Part shown: piece by piece, positions 8,489-17,245 of the stretch
Position numbering within the stretch: the first letter of the stretch is position 1
Layout of the letters: the number at the start of each line of letters is the position of its first letter
Source: an uncultured virus (IMG/VR IMGVR_UViG_3300005527_000058)
Taxonomy: Duplodnaviria; Heunggongvirae; Uroviricota; Caudoviricetes
Virus record (IMG/VR): IMGVR_UViG_3300005527_000058
Coordinates: 53,793 to 73,792 of that record
Direction: 5' to 3' (one strand)
DNA length: 20,000 nucleotides
Made by a program: the position numbers and the translations under genes
Notes under the pieces: model-generated
The model's database searches: none
The model's input: the letters and a program-made list of their open reading frames with translations, nothing else
Told to the model about the DNA's origin: nothing

Positions 8489-9661
8489 TTAATATTTTAC
8501 AATATTGAAGAACTTATATCCGTAATTAGTAAGTTCACCAATATTATCAACTTCATTTAATCTTTGTACTCTTTCGTAAGCACTTACTTTTCCTCTATCA
8601 ATAAATACATCAGTTTGTACTTCTGCTTCATCAATAACGTTTAATAATACTTCATTTTTTGTTAATGCTGAACAAACTAACATATCTGATGTTATTCCCG
8701 ATGTTTGAACAATGAATATTGTAGTTCCATCGTTATAATCATAATAGTCAATGTCATTAATTGTATAGGCGGTGTAAGTATTTGATGGGTCAGGTCCCCA
8801 ATATGTCCCAATATTTCCAGATGTTCCCGTTACTTGGACCCCTAATTTAAAATTACCCCCAAATAAATTATATTTGGGTCCATAAACTTGTAACCCATTA
8901 ACATTTGATGTTGTGTAACCTGTAACTGTTATTGGTGTTGCCGAAAAATTATAAACGTCTAAGTCACAATTAGAATCACCACTAAAAATATAATCATACA
9001 TAATTGGAGTTGCGGACCAATTTCCACCTGCAGGAACAAAATAAGCAGTCCCGTTTGGATTTGTGATTGTTACATTTGTATAAGGTACTGTAATATCTTT
9101 TTTCACAATGTTATATCCCCAAGGACTCATACCTGACATAGATATAGTATAATCTCCACTTTGGACATACGTATGTGATTGGAAAAATGGTGCAGTAAAA
9201 CTAACCGTTTGAGCTGGTGTTCCATCACCCCAATCTACTTTATAATCGGAAAACTGTAAGTAATTTAATGAGTTAATATCAGATGTATTATAAAAATAAT
9301 ACTCATATGGATTTAGAGTTGTTGATGAAAATAAAAAATTAGTCATTACATCTTTCTGTAAAACAGCTCCATCAAACGTTGAATAATACCCAATATCTAT
9401 ACAAGTTTCAGATAAAAATATTGGGATGGTTAACCCTGTTAATAATGAAGTTCCATTTGTACCTCCTGAAAGTATTTCAGTCATTGACGAATACACATAG
9501 GTTTGACCTGTGTAATACTTAGTTACAGCACTTGTGAAAATGTCACAACAAATCTCAATATCAAATTCTTCATTATAAGAGTCACCAGTAAAATTAACTA
9601 AGAATATATCTCCATTAATTACTTCAGGGGATATTCTTATATTATATATTCTATCATCCAT
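8489..9661 (-). CDS. Phage structural protein with PKD-like Ig domain (390 aa)
   Basis: YKVDWGDGTPAQTVSFTAPFFQSHTYVQSGDYTISMSG (about 9132-9244) matches the PKD signature W/D-x-GDG...HTY...GxY; TAATG-coupled start. Confidence 0.75.
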   Translation of the reverse strand: MDDRIYNIRISPEVINGDIFLVNFTGDSYNEEFDIEICCDIFTSAVTKYYTGQTYVYSSMTEILSGGTNGTSLLTGLTIPIFLSETCIDIGYYSTFDGAVLQKDVMTNFLFSSTTLNPYEYYFYNTSDINSLNYLQFSDYKVDWGDGTPAQTVSFTAPFFQSHTYVQSGDYTISMSGMSPWGYNIVKKDITVPYTNVTITNPNGTAYFVPAGGNWSATPIMYDYIFSGDSNCDLDVYNFSATPITVTGYTTSNVNGLQVYGPKYNLFGGNFKLGVQVTGTSGNIGTYWGPDPSNTYTAYTINDIDYYDYNDGTTIFIVQTSGITSDMLVCSALTKNEVLLNVIDEAEVQTDVFIDRGKVSAYERVQRLNEVDNIGELTNYGYKFFNIVKY

Positions 9662-10476
9662 TATGGGTTAACATATTCATACCATTTTATTGGGTTACCA
9701 ACACCCACTCTAGTTCCTAAATAATCATAAATCATATACGTTTTAGTATTATAATTTAGGACTACTTTATTATAGAAATAATCATCATTATTAAATACAA
9801 ATTTATTAGGTAGTGAAGATTGTGGAACTGTCATCATTCTTACATAAACACCTTGCTTAGCATCAAAAAATTTAACACTCATATAAAAAGTATCTAAATC
9901 CACAAATGTTTTTGATTTTAACCAATAAATAAAAAACCCTTCTTTTTTTGACGGTTTACTTGGTGATGGTATATAATCTAATAAGAATTTAGGTTTATCA
10001 ACATTAACATTTGTTAGTGTTGGTGATATATTTATTTTTTCAAAAATACCATTATAAGCAGGTAAAATTATTGTGAAGCAATTAACTTGTTTTACACTAT
10101 CGGTCGTATCATAAAAATCTAATTTGAAGAATGATTTAATAAAAGGTTTTGCTTTGTAATATAACTCTTGACCTGTAAATCCTTCAGATATATAACTATT
10201 TCCCCAATCAGTTATTGTTGATGCGGTAACGTTTGATGGGACTCCAGAATAAAAATAAAACTCATAATCTATCAAAGTTATTTCTTTATTAGTATAAGAG
10301 TCATGAGCAAACCTTAAAACCTCAAAGTCTTCAGGTAAACCCGCAATAACTCTTAATACATCTTCTTGATATACATCAATACTATCGTCTCTCCCTAAAA
10401 AATCCCATTGGATTTCTATGGGAATAGATATACTTTGATTAGTCCCTGGTACAGTAAATTTATATTTATTATTCAC
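9661..10476 (-). CDS. Hypothetical phage structural protein (~271 aa; GTG start preferred over the track's TTG at 10500)
   Basis: GTG at 10476 in GTGAATAA overlaps the upstream stop by 8 nt, fitting the translational coupling of neighbouring genes. The TTG start would need a 32-nt overlap. Confidence 0.7.
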   Translation of the reverse strand: MNNKYKFTVPGTNQSISIPIEIQWDFLGRDDSIDVYQEDVLRVIAGLPEDFEVLRFAHDSYTNKEITLIDYEFYFYSGVPSNVTASTITDWGNSYISEGFTGQELYYKAKPFIKSFFKLDFYDTTDSVKQVNCFTIILPAYNGIFEKINISPTLTNVNVDKPKFLLDYIPSPSKPSKKEGFFIYWLKSKTFVDLDTFYMSVKFFDAKQGVYVRMMTVPQSSLPNKFVFNNDDYFYNKVVLNYNTKTYMIYDYLGTRVGVGNPIKWYEYVNP

Positions 10477-12280
10477 AATCGTCAACAGTTGGTTCCGCAA
10501 CTACGGTATTATTTGTTATCCCATAATCATAAGTATCCCCTTCACTAATTAATCTGAAAATAATATCTCTATATGGGTAGTGGGCGTTATTTAAATATGG
10601 ATAATTAACCCCAACATTTTCAGTGTCAATAAACCCATATGGGTATAAATCCCTCCAAATAAATTGGTTAACTGTCGTAGAGTAATAAGCATAATCAGGT
10701 ATACCTACAACATTTTGGCTATCAGCTTCTTCAAGATAATTAGAGAACGCCCTTATTTTTAAAGGATAGTGTGGCTTATAATAGTAACCACGACAATTAT
10801 CACCAAATGGGTTTGAGTCAGGAGTTAGTCCAATATTAAAATAATAAGGATTAAACCTAAATTTATGATATAAATCAGAAATAACTCTTTCAGTTTGTTC
10901 CGAGTTATTCCACTCACAGTAATCTCCTAAAACTATATCTCCCTTTTGTACTGGTCTTATATATGTAAATGGTTTTCCAGGTATTCCTAATGTAGTTGTA
11001 TAATTTAAAACCGAAAATCCCGCATCTGAATTCGTGTTAGAATTAGCCCACCAATTATTAGGTGCGTTAGGGTTGGTACTTAATGGTTGTATATTAAATT
11101 CCCATCCTTGTTTTAATCCATAATAACCACCACCAGGTCTTAACAAACCAAAAGTCCAACCCATATAACCTTTCCACACTATAGTGTAAAATAATTCACT
11201 TAAGGGTCTATTTTGATTATCTCTTAATGATGAAATGTCAATGTCTTCATTAAATGAGGCCGTATACACAGTATTACCATTTTTTAATGATATTCTACTT
11301 TGTTTATTTGGTGTATAGGTTGCCCTTTCATTCTTTTTTTGTTGTTTAAATATCTGTTGCTCAAATCCTGATTTACCTAATACTAAATCATCACTTTCAG
11401 TTAAAATTTTATGTCTTCTAACATAATATTCCGAAATAGTATCACCACTATTATTAATATCAATTATTCTTTTAAAAGTACCCGTCACACCACTTACAAA
11501 TGTGGTACCTGTAAATCCAATATCATAAATATTAAAAATATATTCATCAGTCCCATAGTATGGGTCACCTAACGAATATACTTGGAACGTATCTTGACCT
11601 AAATAATCAATACTTAATTTAACATATTCCCCAACTGAAAGTCCGTGAGTTATAGGGCACCTAAATGAAATAACTGTCTGATTTTGGTCCATGGTTCTAT
11701 AAACAACAAATGGTATTCCATCAGATGCCACCCAATTTAAAGTAGTGTTAGAATCTTTATCAAATGCGGACATTTGTTTATTTTTAATGTTATCATACGC
11801 ATAACTCATGTTAATGGACCAATTATATGTGTCAGCACTTTTATTAATAAAAAATTTATGTATGTTATTGGTAACATCAGGAGAAGTATAACCTGAGATA
11901 TCATTATCAATCCTCATAAAATCAAATTCATAATATTGAGGATATCCCGAATAAAGACTTATTGAGCTTAATGTACAAATATTCGTAACTAATGATTGTA
12001 CATTTTCATAATACAATGATGATTTATATGGATAATATGATGTAACACCAGAATATTTGTTATCAAACAATAATGATAATTTAGCAATAGGTCTGAATAT
12101 TGTTGACCTTTGTCTTTCGTCGTCATATAACTGCTGTAAATCAAAATTGATAGTTCTATCAAATTCAATATTTTCTTTAACCGTCTGTACTAACGGTACT
12201 TGAAATAATAAGTTGCTATTAGGTGCTGACTTGTACCTTAAAGACCCCAATACTACTCTATCTTCTATTCTACTACTCAT
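10469..12280 (-). CDS. Hypothetical phage baseplate/tail structural protein (603 aa)
   Basis: Long ORF, TAATG-coupled to the 1631-aa gene; aromatic/beta-rich; THGLSVGEYVKL resembles the HGLxxGD beta-barrel motif common in phage tail proteins. Confidence 0.72.
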   Translation of the reverse strand: MSSRIEDRVVLGSLRYKSAPNSNLLFQVPLVQTVKENIEFDRTINFDLQQLYDDERQRSTIFRPIAKLSLLFDNKYSGVTSYYPYKSSLYYENVQSLVTNICTLSSISLYSGYPQYYEFDFMRIDNDISGYTSPDVTNNIHKFFINKSADTYNWSINMSYAYDNIKNKQMSAFDKDSNTTLNWVASDGIPFVVYRTMDQNQTVISFRCPITHGLSVGEYVKLSIDYLGQDTFQVYSLGDPYYGTDEYIFNIYDIGFTGTTFVSGVTGTFKRIIDINNSGDTISEYYVRRHKILTESDDLVLGKSGFEQQIFKQQKKNERATYTPNKQSRISLKNGNTVYTASFNEDIDISSLRDNQNRPLSELFYTIVWKGYMGWTFGLLRPGGGYYGLKQGWEFNIQPLSTNPNAPNNWWANSNTNSDAGFSVLNYTTTLGIPGKPFTYIRPVQKGDIVLGDYCEWNNSEQTERVISDLYHKFRFNPYYFNIGLTPDSNPFGDNCRGYYYKPHYPLKIRAFSNYLEEADSQNVVGIPDYAYYSTTVNQFIWRDLYPYGFIDTENVGVNYPYLNNAHYPYRDIIFRLISEGDTYDYGITNNTVVAEPTVDDCE

Positions 12281-15200
12281 TAATATGTTATATCATCAAA
12301 ATCTACCCAAGATTCTGCAAATTTATCAAAGGCCGTTCTACCTTGTCTTAAACCAAAATAAAAATAAAAAGGAGCTCCCATTAAAATTGATTGTTGAGGT
12401 GCCGTTGGTTTGTACCAATAAGAGACATCAGCGTCAATGTTACCTGAAGAATTCACCGCATATATATATCCTTTAAAATAATCAGTTTGGTTAAAATTAT
12501 TAGGTCTAAAATATCTAGACGATTGTAATAATCTATCTAAGTCTTGATATCTGTGAGAAAATAATTCAGTTGAAAAATTTAAATTGGTATCCCAATTATT
12601 TATTTGTCCTCCAAATATTGTTGGTTTATTCGCAATAGACCACATGTAGAATGGTACTCTTTGACTAAAAACAGGAATGTCTTCAAGAGCACAATTTATT
12701 GTACTAAAAGGACCTATACCCGAATAAATATTTCTTTTAGGTGTGATATAATCTCTAGCCTGCAAATTAGATTTAAAGAACACACCAATAACATTATTAA
12801 CTCCAAAAATTTGAGAATATGAATAAATATCATTACCACCATAATACCCTTGTTCAAACGGATACACCCCAAACTGAGAGTTAGTGGCTATTAATTGAGC
12901 ATAATCACCGTCAACAAAATCATTATCCCTTTTAAAATAAGACAATACACCACCAAAATTAAGTGTATTAACTAATCTAGCTACAACTAACAAAGTTAAT
13001 AAATCGCTAATATCATTAAATGTTGTGGGTGATAATCTATTTAAAATATAACCGTCATACTCATTTGTAATTGATACTTCTTGTAAATATTTTTGTTTAG
13101 GTCCTAAATCCATAATTGTGGTAGGGAACATCATATTAACAACGTTACCTTTGTATTCATTATAGTCAGGTGCCTCTCTACCTATAAACTTATTAGTGTA
13201 AGTGTATGGTGCACTTCTATAAAAGAAATTATTATTAGTTTGGTCTAAGTATATTACATCAGTACAATAAACAGCGTATGGGTCATTATTATTATCAAAA
13301 AATGTATTATTTTTAAACGGGAAGTGATATAAAACACCATTCACCCAATTGTTTGTGAATACATGACCAAATACGTTTTGACATACACCATACATAGTTG
13401 TATTTCTAGCAAACCATTCAACCATATAAAATAAATCTATAGGTAATGAAAGCAAAGGTGTTCTAAGGAAAACATAACAACCATCTTCCATAGTTGGTTG
13501 CCCTAATGTGGTATAACAATTATCACCAGGAGGTGCTATGGTTATTTGACCATCACTCTCACTATAACAACCTAAAGGAACCATATTTTCACATTCAAAA
13601 GAACCTAAAATATCATTACCAACAATATTACCCCACCCATCATCAGATAAATCTTGACCACCACCATCAGTATATAGTGAATTAGTAATATCAAAAGTGG
13701 TTAACACACCACCAGAATCAAAACCATAAACAACCAAACTACCATTTTCAAAAAGAACATATTGATTTGTTAAATTACTTTGAGTTGTTGTAGAAGAGGG
13801 TAATCTGTCAGACCTCATAACCATCTGTCTACCAGATGGTCCTAATGTAAAACTAGTTGTTAATGTTGTTGGGTATATTGTTGAGTATACTTGTGAGGTT
13901 GATGTTGGGTTTGCCACAGGTATTAATGGGATTGTAGCGTCTAAATAAAGTAGTGAGCCACCCTCAACTTGTTCATTAATTAGGTATCCTCTGTTCTGAA
14001 CAACTGATGAGTTAAATGTCGGTGTAAACCCTGTACAAGATGGTCCAAGTATTGTTGAGTTATTCCATTCTTTAGTCATTTCATTTAATGGATTAACACT
14101 TAACCCATTATTAGGTGAAATTAATGTTGAGTTTGTTGGTGTTAATGGTTGAGACGCTTCATCAAGGTTTGAATAATACTTAGTCATCGTACTTGTAAAT
14201 GCACTGAACTGTCCTCCAGGTAAAAATTGGTAAGAGTCATAAAATAATTTTTGTCCTGAGTATGCGTCGGTTGCATAACTATTAGATATAATCAACGGTG
14301 AATCGTGTTTAACATTCCTTAATTTACCTTGTATTGGTATATTAAGATAGAAGTCACCCTCAACAATAGAACTCGCATTTCCAAATGACGAATAACCATA
14401 AAGTTTACTTAAATCATATCTACATTTTGTTTTAGTTGTATTTGGGTCAACTCCTCTAACTAAAAATATAATATTTTGTTCATTATACCCCGAATAACAA
14501 GATACAGGTGACAAAGTATCGGGAATCATACAATTATCATCATCAATTGTTAAATAATACGCAGGGTTCTTAATAAAACGTTCAGGTAATGAATCAGGTA
14601 ATAAATTGGTAGAATCCGTAATAAAGTTGGATACTTTTTTTATTTGTAAAACTTGGAAATACTCAATATCCATAGGATATTTAGCATATAACACATCTTC
14701 AGTAAATGCGGTTAATGTATAGGTTACCGATAAATTACCAGTGTTTGAGGGTGATGCGTATTCAACAACTCTATTATATTGATTAATATTTGAAAATGCT
14801 GTAGGGGTACCTATCGTTGTTCCTGTTATCGCATTATTACTATAAATATTTAAAGTTGAACCCGTTAAATTTGGGTCATTAGATATTGTAGGGTTATTAA
14901 ATGTTAATACTTTTCCTACTTGGAACTTGCTGATGTTTTTATCATCTACAACTAAACAAACCACATTATCTAAATGCCAAGTAGTGTTGGGGTTATTGAT
15001 ATTAGTATCAAAGGTTACTTTAATTTGATTAACCCCTCCACCTGGTGATATCGTTGGGTCAAAATATTTACCCTTAGTATTAAATAAATTCATTCTATTC
15101 GCCAAAGTTAAACTTGAACTAAATAAGTATGATGGTGGTATAGTAACTAAATTAATTAACCCTTGTGATTTATTTGTAATTGAGGTATCTGAAAGTCCTG

Positions 15201-17175
15201 CCAAAATTTGGCCAGTTTTATTTTCATAAGGAGAATTACAATTATATTGACCCGCATCATAAAAACTACTAAGAACACCTGCACTACCTAAACTAGCATT
15301 AGTCTCATTAAGAGAATCTACCGTAGGATTTGAGGGTGGTGTTGATGGCTCTGAACTAACGTCAGGATTTTTATCACAACGTTCACAATCAGGATAAGTT
15401 AAAAGACAAAATCTCATTTTAAATGAATAACATAAATCACCCAAGGAATTACCCGCTTCAATCAAAGCATTTCCAGCATTCTTTATTTTATCAGCAAAAT
15501 CACCAGCACCTGGTATTAAACCAATAGCCAACCCAATTAGATAGATAATACCACCAATAACAACAAAAACTGTTGCAATAATAGCTAGTACAAAACAAGC
15601 AATAAACGCTAAAACATGCATTACAATTAACATAATCAACATAAATGGTAATAAAAACCCCATCATAATTGAGTATAATGTAAAATTAGCATTAGGGTCA
15701 TATTGAGCGTCATTGGTTGGAAATCTAACTACCTCCGAATCACATTTATCGTCAGTTATTTGTTTAATAGCTATAAATCGTTTTTTAGATTTACCTTTTC
15801 TATATTCAGTTATATGACTTGATACGGTATATACTTTATTATACCTCATCTCATAAAACTTATCCTCACAATTAATCGCATCATTAATCATTTGTTGACC
15901 AAATGCTGTCATATTATCTCCGTAATCATCCCAATTTGTGGTAAATGCGTATGACCTTTGGACATCCGAGGCGTTTGGTGTTGTAATATAACTTGTCCAC
16001 CCGTATTCTCGTATATTAGGTACTAAAAAATACCCTCTTTTTATTGAAACGTCTAAGGATGGTGGCTGATTATATTTAACTTTAAATCTATATTTTCCTT
16101 TAGTAGGTACACCTACATTCACATCGTCAGATAATACTTGTTCACCAAATTCATTTGTTGTAACATAATTAAGATTCATTGGTACGTTCACAACCCAAGC
16201 ACCATTTTCGTCTATAACTTGACCACCATTTTCTAATTCAAATTCCTCTAATAAAGGTCTACCCTGATTATCAACATTAATCGTTTGTCTGATACTTTTA
16301 ATTTGACCAGGACCTGTTATTAGAGAACATTGATTCCCCATTTTTTTATTAACTTTGCACCCCGTTTTAATTGCGGACATATCAACATCAGAAATTACTG
16401 AACCCATAAAAATAGCCGATGGTGTTATTTGTACATTAGTTTCCCTAGTTATATCAAAATCAGTTCTAGTTATACCTATATTACATATTTCAGGCTCCCC
16501 CCATAATGGCTCTACTTGAATGTTTCGTGAAAATGAAACTATCTGAGGTAGTGAATTTAAATTGGTTGACGCTTTAAAATTAAATCCATCAACCATTGCC
16601 TCAGTAGTAACCCCCATGTCTATTAAATCTTTTGGTGATAGAGAAAACTCACCAATATCGGACAAATCAATATCAACAAAAATAGTTTGTTCACCAGTGG
16701 GAACACCGAATATCATAAAGTCACCACTATCATTAGTTGTTGTGGTGTACTTATAATATTTGTCATAAACTTCAATTAATGTTTGGTCTAAAATAACATC
16801 ATCCCTTTCAAAAAATGTTCCTGTAGGTACGTGTCCGTTATATGATGGTATATATGGTAATAAATTATATCTATACCCATCTTCATTTTGGTCTGTAACA
16901 GTTTTATATGGGTAAATTTCTGATATTATTGGATTTGTTGAATCCTCTTCGCTTAAAGGAATAAAAACAGATAACTTCGCATTAGGAATTCCAAGACCAT
17001 TATTAACGCTAATACGACCAATAACCACACCATAATCTGAGCACTGTCTTGTGTAGATTTGGTCTTTTAATATTTTAAGAGATAATATCTCAAGATACTC
17101 AAATTCTTGGTCTATTAATACTTTAATTGATTTATCTACCCCAGGTGTTGTTCTTATCCTATAAGAATTTGACAT
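12280..17175 (-). CDS. Large virion-associated protein (1631 aa) with N-terminal prealbumin/carboxypeptidase-regulatory-like fold and a long hydrophobic segment
   Basis: GVVIGRISVNNGLGIPNAKLSVF...YTTTTNDSGDFMIFGVPTGEQTI fits a CarboxypepD_reg-like beta-sandwich pattern; aa 498-554 lack D/E/K/R; directly downstream of the gp6/J-like gene. Confidence 0.7.
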   Translation of the reverse strand: MSNSYRIRTTPGVDKSIKVLIDQEFEYLEILSLKILKDQIYTRQCSDYGVVIGRISVNNGLGIPNAKLSVFIPLSEEDSTNPIISEIYPYKTVTDQNEDGYRYNLLPYIPSYNGHVPTGTFFERDDVILDQTLIEVYDKYYKYTTTTNDSGDFMIFGVPTGEQTIFVDIDLSDIGEFSLSPKDLIDMGVTTEAMVDGFNFKASTNLNSLPQIVSFSRNIQVEPLWGEPEICNIGITRTDFDITRETNVQITPSAIFMGSVISDVDMSAIKTGCKVNKKMGNQCSLITGPGQIKSIRQTINVDNQGRPLLEEFELENGGQVIDENGAWVVNVPMNLNYVTTNEFGEQVLSDDVNVGVPTKGKYRFKVKYNQPPSLDVSIKRGYFLVPNIREYGWTSYITTPNASDVQRSYAFTTNWDDYGDNMTAFGQQMINDAINCEDKFYEMRYNKVYTVSSHITEYRKGKSKKRFIAIKQITDDKCDSEVVRFPTNDAQYDPNANFTLYSIMMGFLLPFMLIMLIVMHVLAFIACFVLAIIATVFVVIGGIIYLIGLAIGLIPGAGDFADKIKNAGNALIEAGNSLGDLCYSFKMRFCLLTYPDCERCDKNPDVSSEPSTPPSNPTVDSLNETNASLGSAGVLSSFYDAGQYNCNSPYENKTGQILAGLSDTSITNKSQGLINLVTIPPSYLFSSSLTLANRMNLFNTKGKYFDPTISPGGGVNQIKVTFDTNINNPNTTWHLDNVVCLVVDDKNISKFQVGKVLTFNNPTISNDPNLTGSTLNIYSNNAITGTTIGTPTAFSNINQYNRVVEYASPSNTGNLSVTYTLTAFTEDVLYAKYPMDIEYFQVLQIKKVSNFITDSTNLLPDSLPERFIKNPAYYLTIDDDNCMIPDTLSPVSCYSGYNEQNIIFLVRGVDPNTTKTKCRYDLSKLYGYSSFGNASSIVEGDFYLNIPIQGKLRNVKHDSPLIISNSYATDAYSGQKLFYDSYQFLPGGQFSAFTSTMTKYYSNLDEASQPLTPTNSTLISPNNGLSVNPLNEMTKEWNNSTILGPSCTGFTPTFNSSVVQNRGYLINEQVEGGSLLYLDATIPLIPVANPTSTSQVYSTIYPTTLTTSFTLGPSGRQMVMRSDRLPSSTTTQSNLTNQYVLFENGSLVVYGFDSGGVLTTFDITNSLYTDGGGQDLSDDGWGNIVGNDILGSFECENMVPLGCYSESDGQITIAPPGDNCYTTLGQPTMEDGCYVFLRTPLLSLPIDLFYMVEWFARNTTMYGVCQNVFGHVFTNNWVNGVLYHFPFKNNTFFDNNNDPYAVYCTDVIYLDQTNNNFFYRSAPYTYTNKFIGREAPDYNEYKGNVVNMMFPTTIMDLGPKQKYLQEVSITNEYDGYILNRLSPTTFNDISDLLTLLVVARLVNTLNFGGVLSYFKRDNDFVDGDYAQLIATNSQFGVYPFEQGYYGGNDIYSYSQIFGVNNVIGVFFKSNLQARDYITPKRNIYSGIGPFSTINCALEDIPVFSQRVPFYMWSIANKPTIFGGQINNWDTNLNFSTELFSHRYQDLDRLLQSSRYFRPNNFNQTDYFKGYIYAVNSSGNIDADVSYWYKPTAPQQSILMGAPFYFYFGLRQGRTAFDKFAESWVDFDDITY

Positions 17176-17189
17176 AATAATCTTTTAAC

Positions 17190-17221
17190 ATAAATAGTTT
17201 ATATACTATTTTTAAAAATAG
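17190..17221 (-). promoter_or_regulatory. Intergenic TATTTAT motif (17196-17190) plus perfect 16-bp palindrome CTATTTTTAAAAATAG (17206-17221)
   Basis: Both are read directly in the 70-nt gap, the largest within the structural module; function is inferred. Confidence 0.4.
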
Positions 17222-17245
17222 ATGATTATGAATAAAAATAAATTA

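Noticed and set aside
10477..10500. TTG start for the 279-aa ORF
   Set aside because: GTG at 10476 overlapping the upstream stop fits the coupling pattern better.
12280..17175. Tape measure protein or intein in the 1631-aa ORF
   Set aside because: Mostly beta/aromatic-rich rather than Ala-rich helical; no intein splice-junction or LAGLIDADG motifs noticed.
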